Assembly: GCF_000010625.1 (NCBI RefSeq)
Contig: NC_010296.1
Span: forward strand, 5,250,001 to 5,282,000
DNA: 32,000 bases
Reading direction: 5' to 3'
From: Microcystis aeruginosa NIES-843
Lineage (GTDB): Bacteria; Cyanobacteriota; Cyanobacteriia; Cyanobacteriales; Microcystaceae
A model generated the notes under the pieces. It was given only the letters and a program-made list of their open reading frames with translations. It had not been told where the DNA came from and searched no databases. The position numbers were made by a program, and so were the translations under genes. Positions 7,419 to 15,594 of the stretch are shown in pieces. Position 1 is the first letter of the stretch, and every line of letters begins with the position of its first letter.

Positions 7419-10400
7419 ATGGACTCAAACTTCTCCTTCCTGCGAGATCAATTCCCGACAATCTACGATCATGCCAGCCAAGCGGAGGGATTAGTCTTCA
7501 GTAACCCCCGGGCCAGTTGCTTCTATACCCGTTTTGTCCTAGAACAAATGGTCTGCTGGCTCTATGAAAACGACCCCTACCTGCAACCGCCCCGGGACAA
7601 TAGCCTAGGCGCTCTCATCCACGAGCAAACCTTTAAAGATAACCTTAAACCTGGACTTTTCGGCAAAATTCGCACCATCCACAAAGTCGGCAACAACGCC
7701 GCCCACGATACCAGCCCCATCAGTGAACGGGACTCCCTGCACCTGATCGAGGAACTATTTCATCTCACCTACTGGCTGGTGCGCTACTATGGGCAGAATG
7801 GGCGAGAATTGGGCGATATTCGCTTCGATCGCCAGAAGATACCCCCGGCCGCACCCCCCGCTCCCAAACAACTGCAAGACCTGGAAAAACGCCTGTCCCA
7901 AAGCGATGCCCTGCGCCAATTGGCCGAAGCAAAACAGCGCCAAACCGAGGCCGAACTGGCAGCCGCTAGGGCCGAACGGGATGCCCTCCTCGCCCAAAAT
8001 CAAGCGATCGCTGACCGGCACGACTACAACGAAGCCGACACCCGCCGCTACCTGATCGATGTACTACTCCAAGAAGCCGGCTGGGATACCAAAGCCCCCA
8101 ACGCCACAGAGTTCGAGGTGTGGGGGATGCCCATCCAACAAGCGGGGGATACTGGGCGCGGTTTCGTCGATTATGTACTATGGGGCGACGACGGCAAACC
8201 CCTCGCCCTCGTGGAGGCAAAACGCAGCAGCAAAAGCCCCGACAGCGGCCAAAATCAGGCCAAACTCTACGCCGACTGCTTAGAAAAAGACTACAACCAA
8301 CGCCCCGTTATTTTCTACAGCAACGGCTATGAAACCTATCTCTGGGATGATCTCACCTATCCCCCCCGTCCCGTCCTCGGTTTCCTGCGAAAAACCGAGC
8401 TAGAACGGCTAATTTTCCGCCGTTCCCACCGTAAACGCCTCAGCAACACCGCCATTAACGAGGATATTGTCGGCCGTCCCTACCAGAAAGAGGCCATCCG
8501 CCGCATTACCGAAACCTTTGAAGAAAAGTGCGCCCGTAAGTCCCTGTTGGTTATGGCCACGGGAACCGGTAAAACCCGAACTGCGATCGCATTGGTGGAA
8601 CTGCTCAAGAGTGCCAATTGGGTAAACCGAGTCCTGTTTCTGGCCGATCGCAATGCCCTATTAAAGCAAGCCTATCGAGCCTTTCAGCGTCATCTACCCA
8701 GCGTTACCGTCCTGCATCTGACCCGCAGCAAGGACGTGACGGGGGCTAACGTCCTCTTCTCCACCTATCAAACCATGCTCAACGCCATCGATCGCATGGA
8801 TGCAGAGGGGCGAATCTTTGGGGTGGGTTATTTTGACCTAGTGATCGTCGATGAGGCCCATCGCTCCATTTATCAGAAATACGGCGAAATATTCGATTAT
8901 TTCGATGCCCTGCTGGTGGGGCTAACTGCCACGCCGCGCTCGGAAATAGACCGGGACACCTACCGCATTTTCCAGCTACCCCAGGGCGTGCCTACCTTCG
9001 CCTACGAGTTAAATGATGCCGTTAGGGATGGCCACCTCGTCCCCCCCAAGGGCGTTACTGTGCCGTTTAAGTTTCTGCGTACTGGGGTTAAATACAGTGA
9101 GCTAACCCCACAGGAGCGGCTAGACTACGAGGAGAAGTTCCGGGACGAGGAAAGCGGCGAACTACCGCAGGCAATTAACGCAGCTGCCTTTAATGACTGG
9201 TTGTTCAATATCGACACCGTGGATCAAGCATTAGAATTATTGATGCAACGGGGGCTAAAGGTCAACAGTGGCGATCGATTGGGTAAAACGATTATTTTTG
9301 CCCGTAATCACCGACACGCCCAATGTATCTGCGATCGCTTTAACAGTAACTATCCTCACTACAAAGGTCATTTCGCCAAAATTATTGACAGTCACGACAA
9401 TTACGCCCAGAGTCTGCTCGATGACTTCAGCGAAGCCAACAAAGAACCGATTTTGGCCGTCTCGGTGGATATGCTCGATACCGGCGTAGATGTGCCGGAA
9501 GTGGTCAATTTGGTGTTTTTTAAGCCCGTATTCTCCCGGGTGAAGTTCAATCAGATGATCGGGCGCGGGACCCGTCTCTGTCAGGATTTGTTTGGGACTG
9601 GCAACCATAAAACCGAGTTTCTGGTCTTTGACCTCTGCGGGAATTTCGAGTATTTCGAGCAGGATATCGATGAAACAAGCCAGAAAATACCCGAAAGCCT
9701 CACCAGTCGCCTAGTTAAACATCGCCTCGAGTTGGCAACCCGCCTCGCTCCCTCCAAGCCAAGCGCGACACCTAGGGCAAGAGAGCAGTCCTCTACTTAC
9801 AAAGTCGAGCGGGCCGGCGACCTATACACGAGTTTGCTCGATGCACTCCATCAACACATCGCCACCATGCCCCGGGATAATTTCCTCGTGCGTCGTCGCT
9901 TGCCGCAGGTGGAGACCTTTAGTCAGCGTCAGCGTTGGAACAACCTGAGTCAGGAGGACGCGGCCACCATTGCCGACTGCTTGGCCGGTTTACCCAATAG
10001 TCTGCCCAATGAGGATCCCCTGGCCAAGGAATTCGACCTTCTCTGCGTGAAACTGCAATTAGCCATTCTCAAGGCCGACCGTAGTTATGAGCGATTGCGG
10101 GACAAAGTGCGGGATATTCTCGGTCAACTGGAGACTAAGCCCGATATCCCGATGATTAAGGGACAATTGGCCTTTATTCGCGAGGTGCAGGACGAAAGCT
10201 GGTGGACCGGCGCAACGCCGTCAATGGTGGAGGGGATTCGGGTGCGTGTCCGGGATCTGGTCAAGTTTATTGATCGCCAAAAGCAGCAGATCGTGATCAC
10301 CGATTTTGTCGATGAGATGGGGGAGGTGCAGATTGTCGATATTCCCACCCATCAGACCGGTTTTAGTCGCGAACAGTATCGCCGGAAAGTGGAGGCCTAT

Positions 10401-10865
10401 ATCCGTCAGCATCAGGATCACCTTGCGATCGCTAAGTTGCGGCGCAATCTCCCCCTAACGGAGACGGATTTATCTGCCCTAGAGGAGATGCTATTTTCGG
10501 CCGCAGAAATTGAGAGCCGTCAGCGTTTTGAGGAGGTTTTTGGCCAGACAAAAAGCCTCAAGCTCCTGATCCTGGAAATCGTCGGACTTGATCCCGCAGG
10601 GATCCGCGTAGCGGCACGCCAGGCGGCTAAACAAGCTTTTGCCCGTTATTTGCAGGGGACAAACTTCTCGGCCAATCAAATCCGTTTTATCGAAAATATC
10701 ATCGATATGCTCGCTAAAAACGGAGTTATCAATCCGGGGGCGCTCTACGAGCCTCCTTTTACTGATAACCATCCCGAAGGGCTAGATGGGATGTTTAATG
10801 ATGGGGAAGCTGATCGGATCGTCTCGATTTTGCGATCGTTTAATGAGTCCGTTGATGCGGTCTAA
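7419..10865 (+). CDS. hsdR: Type I restriction enzyme R subunit with an N-terminal DUF4145-like domain and a coiled-coil extension
   Basis: PD-(D/E)XK nuclease motif (GFVDYVLW...LVEAKRS). Helicase motifs I MATGTGKT, II VIVDEAHRS, III GLTATP. EcoEI-R-like C-terminal region. 1148 aa. Confidence 0.95.
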   Translation: MDSNFSFLRDQFPTIYDHASQAEGLVFSNPRASCFYTRFVLEQMVCWLYENDPYLQPPRDNSLGALIHEQTFKDNLKPGLFGKIRTIHKVGNNAAHDTSPISERDSLHLIEELFHLTYWLVRYYGQNGRELGDIRFDRQKIPPAAPPAPKQLQDLEKRLSQSDALRQLAEAKQRQTEAELAAARAERDALLAQNQAIADRHDYNEADTRRYLIDVLLQEAGWDTKAPNATEFEVWGMPIQQAGDTGRGFVDYVLWGDDGKPLALVEAKRSSKSPDSGQNQAKLYADCLEKDYNQRPVIFYSNGYETYLWDDLTYPPRPVLGFLRKTELERLIFRRSHRKRLSNTAINEDIVGRPYQKEAIRRITETFEEKCARKSLLVMATGTGKTRTAIALVELLKSANWVNRVLFLADRNALLKQAYRAFQRHLPSVTVLHLTRSKDVTGANVLFSTYQTMLNAIDRMDAEGRIFGVGYFDLVIVDEAHRSIYQKYGEIFDYFDALLVGLTATPRSEIDRDTYRIFQLPQGVPTFAYELNDAVRDGHLVPPKGVTVPFKFLRTGVKYSELTPQERLDYEEKFRDEESGELPQAINAAAFNDWLFNIDTVDQALELLMQRGLKVNSGDRLGKTIIFARNHRHAQCICDRFNSNYPHYKGHFAKIIDSHDNYAQSLLDDFSEANKEPILAVSVDMLDTGVDVPEVVNLVFFKPVFSRVKFNQMIGRGTRLCQDLFGTGNHKTEFLVFDLCGNFEYFEQDIDETSQKIPESLTSRLVKHRLELATRLAPSKPSATPRAREQSSTYKVERAGDLYTSLLDALHQHIATMPRDNFLVRRRLPQVETFSQRQRWNNLSQEDAATIADCLAGLPNSLPNEDPLAKEFDLLCVKLQLAILKADRSYERLRDKVRDILGQLETKPDIPMIKGQLAFIREVQDESWWTGATPSMVEGIRVRVRDLVKFIDRQKQQIVITDFVDEMGEVQIVDIPTHQTGFSREQYRRKVEAYIRQHQDHLAIAKLRRNLPLTETDLSALEEMLFSAAEIESRQRFEEVFGQTKSLKLLILEIVGLDPAGIRVAARQAAKQAFARYLQGTNFSANQIRFIENIIDMLAKNGVINPGALYEPPFTDNHPEGLDGMFNDGEADRIVSILRSFNESVDAV

Positions 10866-10890
10866 GAGTAAGCGCGGATGAAGAAATAAA
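10839..10890 (+). repeat. 52-bp direct repeat, copy A (covers the last 8 codons and stop of hsdR plus 25 nt)
   Basis: TTTAATGAGTCCGTTGATGCGGTCTAAGAGTAAGCGCGGATGAAGAAATAAA. Matches 16680-16731 at 50 of 52 positions. Confidence 0.95.
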
Positions 10891-10893
10891 AGC

Positions 10894-11772
10894 ATGAAAA
10901 CTGACACGATTTTTTATCAACTCTTTCAATCATTCCCCTCTATCTTCTTTGAATTAATTCAACTCCCTATCAGCGAAGCGAATAACTACCGCTTTGACTC
11001 AGTGGAAGTCAAACAACTTTCCTTTCGTCTTGATGGAGTCTTTCTGCCTCAAAATAATCACCCCCAGACTCCTATCTACTTCTGTGAGGTACAATTTCAA
11101 GAAGATGAGGCTTTTTATCAGCGCTTTTTCACCGAAATATTCTTATATCTCAGTAAAACTGACTTAACCAATGATTGGCGGGGTGTGATTGTCTATCCTA
11201 ACCCTCAAGTAGAAACCGATAAAGTTCAACGCTATCGGGAACTTCTCAACTCCGAGCGAGTGAGACGGATTTATCTGAATGAATTAGAAAACATTCCTCA
11301 AACTTCGATTGGTTTAGCTACAGTCCAATTAATCACCCTATCTAAAGCAAAAGCGATTGATAGCACCCGAAAATTAATCCAAAGAGTGCGGCAAGAATTA
11401 ACCCCCGACCAAAAACCGCAAGAACTCTTACAATTAATAGAGACGATTCTCGTTTATAAGTTACCGCTTCTCAATCGTCGGGAGATAGAAACTATGTTTA
11501 GTTTAGATGAATTAAAACAGACTCAGTATTTTCAAGATGTGCGCGAAGAAGCGCGTCAGGAAGGTCGTCAGGAAGGCATTGAGCAAGGCATTGAGCAAGG
11601 CATTGAGCAAGGCATTGAGCAAGGCATTGAGCAAGGTATTGAGCAAGGCAGACTAAACAAAGCACTAGAGGCGGTCCCTCGTTTGTTAGCCTTAGGGTTA
11701 AGTGTTGAGCAAGTCGCATCCGCGTTAGAGTTAGAGGTTGAACAGGTTAGAGCTATACAAAACGGGACATAA
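10894..11772 (+). CDS. Rpn (YhgA-like)/DUF2887-type PD-(D/E)XK recombination-promoting nuclease/putative transposase family protein, tandem copy 1 (292 aa, 6 GIEQ repeats)
   Basis: N-terminus MKTDTIFYQLFQ, a putative nuclease core (RLDGVF...IYFCEVQFQ) and a C-terminal helix-rich tail after a QEGR/GIEQ linker. Family assignment is by pattern recognition only. Starts 28 nt after the hsdR stop. Confidence 0.75.
   Translation: MKTDTIFYQLFQSFPSIFFELIQLPISEANNYRFDSVEVKQLSFRLDGVFLPQNNHPQTPIYFCEVQFQEDEAFYQRFFTEIFLYLSKTDLTNDWRGVIVYPNPQVETDKVQRYRELLNSERVRRIYLNELENIPQTSIGLATVQLITLSKAKAIDSTRKLIQRVRQELTPDQKPQELLQLIETILVYKLPLLNRREIETMFSLDELKQTQYFQDVREEARQEGRQEGIEQGIEQGIEQGIEQGIEQGIEQGRLNKALEAVPRLLALGLSVEQVASALELEVEQVRAIQNGT
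11575..11646 (+). repeat. In-frame 12-bp tandem repeat GGCATTGAGCAA x6 (encodes GIEQ)
   Basis: Six contiguous units; the last one reads GGTATTGAGCAA. Confidence 0.95.
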
Positions 11773-11835
11773 AAAAATGTGATCGCCTTGTGAAATAAAA
11801 GCATGAAAACTGACACGATTTTTTATCAACTCTTT

Positions 11836-13053
11836 AGACCTCTTGCATAATTTTTTTATGGTATAATATAAGGTTTTGCTTTTTTCTCAATTCTTAGATT
11901 GAAGTGGAAAAAAGAATAAAATGTGATCTTAGGTCAGGAAATCATCTATAATTTTGCTATGTTTATTAGCAAAATTATGGATTATCAAAACTTATCAGAT
12001 GAACAATTCAAACGCCGTTTCGGTGTGTATAAACAAACCTATAGAAAGATGGTAGAATCAGTAAAAAGTGTTGAAGCCGACTCTAATTCACCATCTAAAA
12101 GGGGACCGAAACCTAAACTATCTATAGAAGAACAAGTTTTAGTAACGTTAGAATATTGGCGAGAATATAGAACATATTTTCACATTGGTACAAGCTGGGA
12201 ACTATCAGAATCAACTATATGTCGGATTGTAAATAAGACGGAAAAAATGCTTTTACAATCGGGAAACTTCCGTTTAAAAGGAAAAAAAGCTTTACTCAAT
12301 CAAGCAGAGATACCGGTCATAACGGTAATGGATGTAACGGAAACTCCCATTGAACGCCCCCAAAAGAAACAGAAAGATTTTTTTTCGGGTAAAAGAGGTT
12401 ATCATACTTTAAAATCCCAATTAGTAGCTGATCAAAATACAAAGGAAATTATCTGTGTCTTTTGTGGGAAAGGTAGAGGTCATGATTTTAGTTTATTTAA
12501 AAAAAGTCGAGTTCGTTTTCATCCTTTAACTACCAGCATAGAAGACAGTGGTTATCAGGGAATAGCTGCATACCATAGTAATAGTTATACACCGAAAAAG
12601 AAATCGAAAAATAGAAAATTAACAGAGTTAGAAAAAGAGTATAACAAGGCTTTAGCCAAAGAAAGGATTATCATTGAACATATAAATAGGAAACTCAAAA
12701 TCTTTAAAATCTTATCCTGTAAATATCGGAATCGTCGTCGAAGATATAGTTTAAGAGTTAACTTGTTGGCGGCTATTTATAACTGTGAGTTAGGGATAGG
12801 TATAGCAGCTTCTTAAAAGTTGCCTAAAGATTAATCAAGTCAAGGAGAATTTATTCTCAATTTTTATAATTGAGATAGTTTGTGCCGCTTAAATAAAGAG
12901 GTTTTGATAACCAAATTAAAGCAGCTCTAAAGAGTTTTGAGTTAAAAGTTAAACTTCAAGTTTTCATTCAGGACAAATGTACTGATTAACTAATTTTTTG
13001 GGGAAAATTAGTTAACCCATCATTATAACATATAATTAATTTGCAAGAGTTCT
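11836..13053 (+). mobile_element. Insertion sequence (~1218 bp), IS5/Harbinger-like DDE family
   Basis: Imperfect terminal inverted repeats AGACCTCTTGCATAAT... / ...ATTTGCAAGAGTTCT. Flanked by duplicated TTT (11833-11835 and 13054-13056). Single transposase ORF. AT-rich. Confidence 0.85.
11977..12816 (+). CDS. IS5/Harbinger-like DDE transposase (HTH plus DDE_Tnp_4-like domain)
   Basis: Candidate DDE residues in MDVTETPIERP, IEDSGYQGI and RIIIEHINRKLKIFKIL. N-terminal HTH region (RGPKPKLSIEEQVLVTLEYWREYRTY). ATG at 11977 is preferred over the GTG at 11923. Confidence 0.85.
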   Translation: MDYQNLSDEQFKRRFGVYKQTYRKMVESVKSVEADSNSPSKRGPKPKLSIEEQVLVTLEYWREYRTYFHIGTSWELSESTICRIVNKTEKMLLQSGNFRLKGKKALLNQAEIPVITVMDVTETPIERPQKKQKDFFSGKRGYHTLKSQLVADQNTKEIICVFCGKGRGHDFSLFKKSRVRFHPLTTSIEDSGYQGIAAYHSNSYTPKKKSKNRKLTELEKEYNKALAKERIIIEHINRKLKIFKILSCKYRNRRRRYSLRVNLLAAIYNCELGIGIAAS

Positions 13054-13848
13054 TTTCAATCTTTCCCCTCTATCTTCTTTGAATTAATTCAACTCCCTAT
13101 CAGCGAAGCGAATAACTACCGCTTTGACTCAGTGGAAGTCAAACAACTTTCCTTTCGTCTTGATGGAGTCTTTCTGCCTCAAAATAATCACCCCCAGACT
13201 CCTATCTACTTCTGTGAGGTACAATTTCAAGAAGATGAGGCTTTTTATCAGCGCTTTTTCACCGAAATATTCTTATATCTCAGTAAAACTGACTTAACCA
13301 ATGATTGGCGGGGTGTGATTGTCTATCCTAACCCTCAAGTAGAAACCGATAAAGTTCAACGCTATCGGGAACTTCTCAACTCCGAGCGAGTGAGACGGAT
13401 TTATCTGAATGAATTAGAAAACATTCCTCAAACTTCGATTGGTTTAGCTACAGTCCAATTAATCACCCTATCTAAAGCAAAAGCGATTGATAGCACCCGA
13501 AAATTAATCCAAAGAGTGCGGCAAGAATTAACCCCCGACCAAAAACCGCAAGAACTCTTACAATTAATAGAGACGATTCTCGTTTATAAGTTACCGCTTC
13601 TCAATCGTCGGGAGATAGAAACTATGTTTAGTTTAGATGAATTAAAACAGACTCAGTATTTTCAAGATGTGTGCGAAGAAGCGCGTCAGGAAGGCAGACT
13701 AAACAAAGCACTAGAGGCGGTCCCTCGTTTGTTAGCCTTAGGGTTAAGTGTTGAGCAAGTCGCATCCGCGTTAGAGTTAGAGGTTGAACAGGTTAGAGCT
13801 ATACAAAACGGGACATAAAAAAATGCGATCGCCTTGTGAAATAAAAGC

Positions 13849-14667
13849 ATGAAAACTGACACGATTTTTTATCAACTCTTTCAATCTTTCCCCTCTATCT
13901 TCTTTGAATTAATTCAACTCCCTATCAGCGAAGCGAATAACTACCGCTTTGACTCAGTGGAAGTCAAACAACTTTCCTTTCGTCTTGATGGAGTCTTTCT
14001 GCCTCAAAATAATCACCCCCAGACTCCTATCTACTTCTGTGAGGTACAATTTCAAGAAGATGAGGCTTTTTATCAGCGCTTTTTCACCGAAATATTCTTA
14101 TATCTCAGTAAAACTGACTTAACCAATGATTGGCGGGGTGTGATTGTCTATCCTAACCCTCAAGTAGAAACCGATAAAGTTCAACGCTATCGGGAACTTC
14201 TCAACTCCGAGCGAGTGAGACGGATTTATCTGAATGAATTAGAAAACATTCCTCAAACTTCGATTGGTTTAGCTACAGTCCAATTAATCACCCTATCTAA
14301 AGCAAAAGCGATTGATAGCACCCGAAAATTAATCCAAAGAGTGCGGCAAGAATTAACCCCCGACCAAAAACCGCAAGAACTCTTACAATTAATAGAGACG
14401 ATTCTCGTTTATAAGTTACCGCTTCTCAATCGTCGGGAGATAGAAACTATGTTTAGTTTAGATGAATTAAAACAAACTCAGTATTTTCAAGATGTGCGCG
14501 AGGAAGCGCGTCAGGAAGGTCGCGAGGAAGGTCGTCAGGAAGGCAGACTAAACAAAGCACTAGAGGCTGTCCCTCGTTTGTTAGCCTTAGGGTTAAGTGT
14601 TGAGCAAGTCGCATCCGCGTTAGAGTTAGAGGTTGAACAGGTTAGAGCTATACAAAACGGGACATAA
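13849..14667 (+). CDS. Rpn/DUF2887-type nuclease, tandem copy 3 (272 aa, 0 GIEQ, one extra EGRE/EGRQ unit)
   Basis: Near-identical to copy 1 outside the linker, which reads QEGREEGRQEGRLNK. Confidence 0.75.
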   Translation: MKTDTIFYQLFQSFPSIFFELIQLPISEANNYRFDSVEVKQLSFRLDGVFLPQNNHPQTPIYFCEVQFQEDEAFYQRFFTEIFLYLSKTDLTNDWRGVIVYPNPQVETDKVQRYRELLNSERVRRIYLNELENIPQTSIGLATVQLITLSKAKAIDSTRKLIQRVRQELTPDQKPQELLQLIETILVYKLPLLNRREIETMFSLDELKQTQYFQDVREEARQEGREEGRQEGRLNKALEAVPRLLALGLSVEQVASALELEVEQVRAIQNGT

Positions 14668-14697
14668 AAAAATGCGATCGCCTTGTGAAATAAAAGC

Positions 14698-15564
14698 ATG
14701 AAAACTGACACGATTTTTTATCAACTCTTTCAATCTTTCCCCTCTATCTTCTTTGAATTAATTCAACTCCCTATCAGCGAAGCGAATAACTACCGCTTTG
14801 ACTCAGTGGAAGTCAAACAACTTTCCTTTCGTCTTGATGGAGTCTTTCTGCCTCAAAATAATCACCCCCAGACTCCTATCTACTTCTGTGAGGTACAATT
14901 TCAAGAAGATGAGGCTTTTTATCAGCGCTTTTTCACCGAAATATTCTTATATCTCAGTAAAACTGACTTAACCAATGATTGGCGGGGTGTGATTGTCTAT
15001 CCTAACCCTCAAGTAGAAACCGATAAAGTTCAACGCTATCGGGAACTTCTCAACTCCGAGCGAGTGAGACGGATTTATCTGAATGAATTAGAAAACATTC
15101 CTCAAACTTCGATTGGTTTAGCTACAGTCCAATTAATCACCCTATCTAAAGCAAAAGCGATTGATAGCACCCGAAAATTAATCCAAAGAGTGCGGCAAGA
15201 ATTAACCCCCGACCAAAAACCGCAAGAACTCTTACAATTAATAGAGACGATTCTCGTTTATAAGTTACCGCTTCTCAATCGTCGGGAGATAGAAACTATG
15301 TTTAGTTTAGATGAATTAAAACAAACTCAGTATTTTCAAGATGTGCGCGAAGAAGCGCGTCAGGAAGGTCGCGAGGAAGGCATTGAGCAAGGCATTGAGC
15401 AAGGCATTGAGCAAGGCATTGAGCAAGGTATTGAGCAAGGCAGACTAAACAAAGCATTAGAGGCGGTCCCTCGTTTGTTAGCCTTAGGGTTAAGTGTTGA
15501 GCAAGTCGCATCCGCGTTAGAGTTAGAGGTTAAACAGGTTAGAGCTATACAAAACGGGACATAA
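14698..15564 (+). CDS. Rpn/DUF2887-type nuclease, tandem copy 4 (288 aa, 5 GIEQ)
   Basis: Near-identical to copy 1. The 30-nt spacer upstream contains a HIP1 site (GCGATCGC). Confidence 0.75.
   Translation: MKTDTIFYQLFQSFPSIFFELIQLPISEANNYRFDSVEVKQLSFRLDGVFLPQNNHPQTPIYFCEVQFQEDEAFYQRFFTEIFLYLSKTDLTNDWRGVIVYPNPQVETDKVQRYRELLNSERVRRIYLNELENIPQTSIGLATVQLITLSKAKAIDSTRKLIQRVRQELTPDQKPQELLQLIETILVYKLPLLNRREIETMFSLDELKQTQYFQDVREEARQEGREEGIEQGIEQGIEQGIEQGIEQGRLNKALEAVPRLLALGLSVEQVASALELEVKQVRAIQNGT
15379..15438 (+). repeat. In-frame 12-bp tandem repeat GGCATTGAGCAA x5
   Basis: Five contiguous units inside copy 4. Confidence 0.95.
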
Positions 15565-15594
15565 AAAAATGTGATCGCCTTGTAAAATAAAAGC

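Larger units (their letters stand above)
11803..13818 (+). pseudogene. Rpn/DUF2887-type nuclease gene, tandem copy 2, interrupted after codon 11 by an IS; 0 GIEQ repeats
   Basis: 11803-11835 equals the first 33 nt of the other copies. The sequence resumes in frame at 13057. The intact C-terminal part (ORF 13132-13818) is near-identical to the other copies. Confidence 0.85.

Noticed and set aside
7755-8332. Cluster of overlapping 70-88-aa ORFs on both strands inside hsdR (also inside hsdM 3434-4631, accB 1969-2377, the SBP gene 18642-19594 and others)
   Set aside because: All are nested within long, motif-supported genes. Their sequences are low-complexity and Arg/Pro/Gly-rich, as expected for off-frame translation.
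11498-11816. Minus-strand ORFs with CLAQ and PCSM repeats (11498-11719, 11568-11816; likewise 15302-15608 and 16199-16384)
   Set aside because: They are the antisense reading of the GGCATTGAGCAA repeat and exist only because the repeat lacks stops. The sense-strand genes have clear family features, so these are artefacts.
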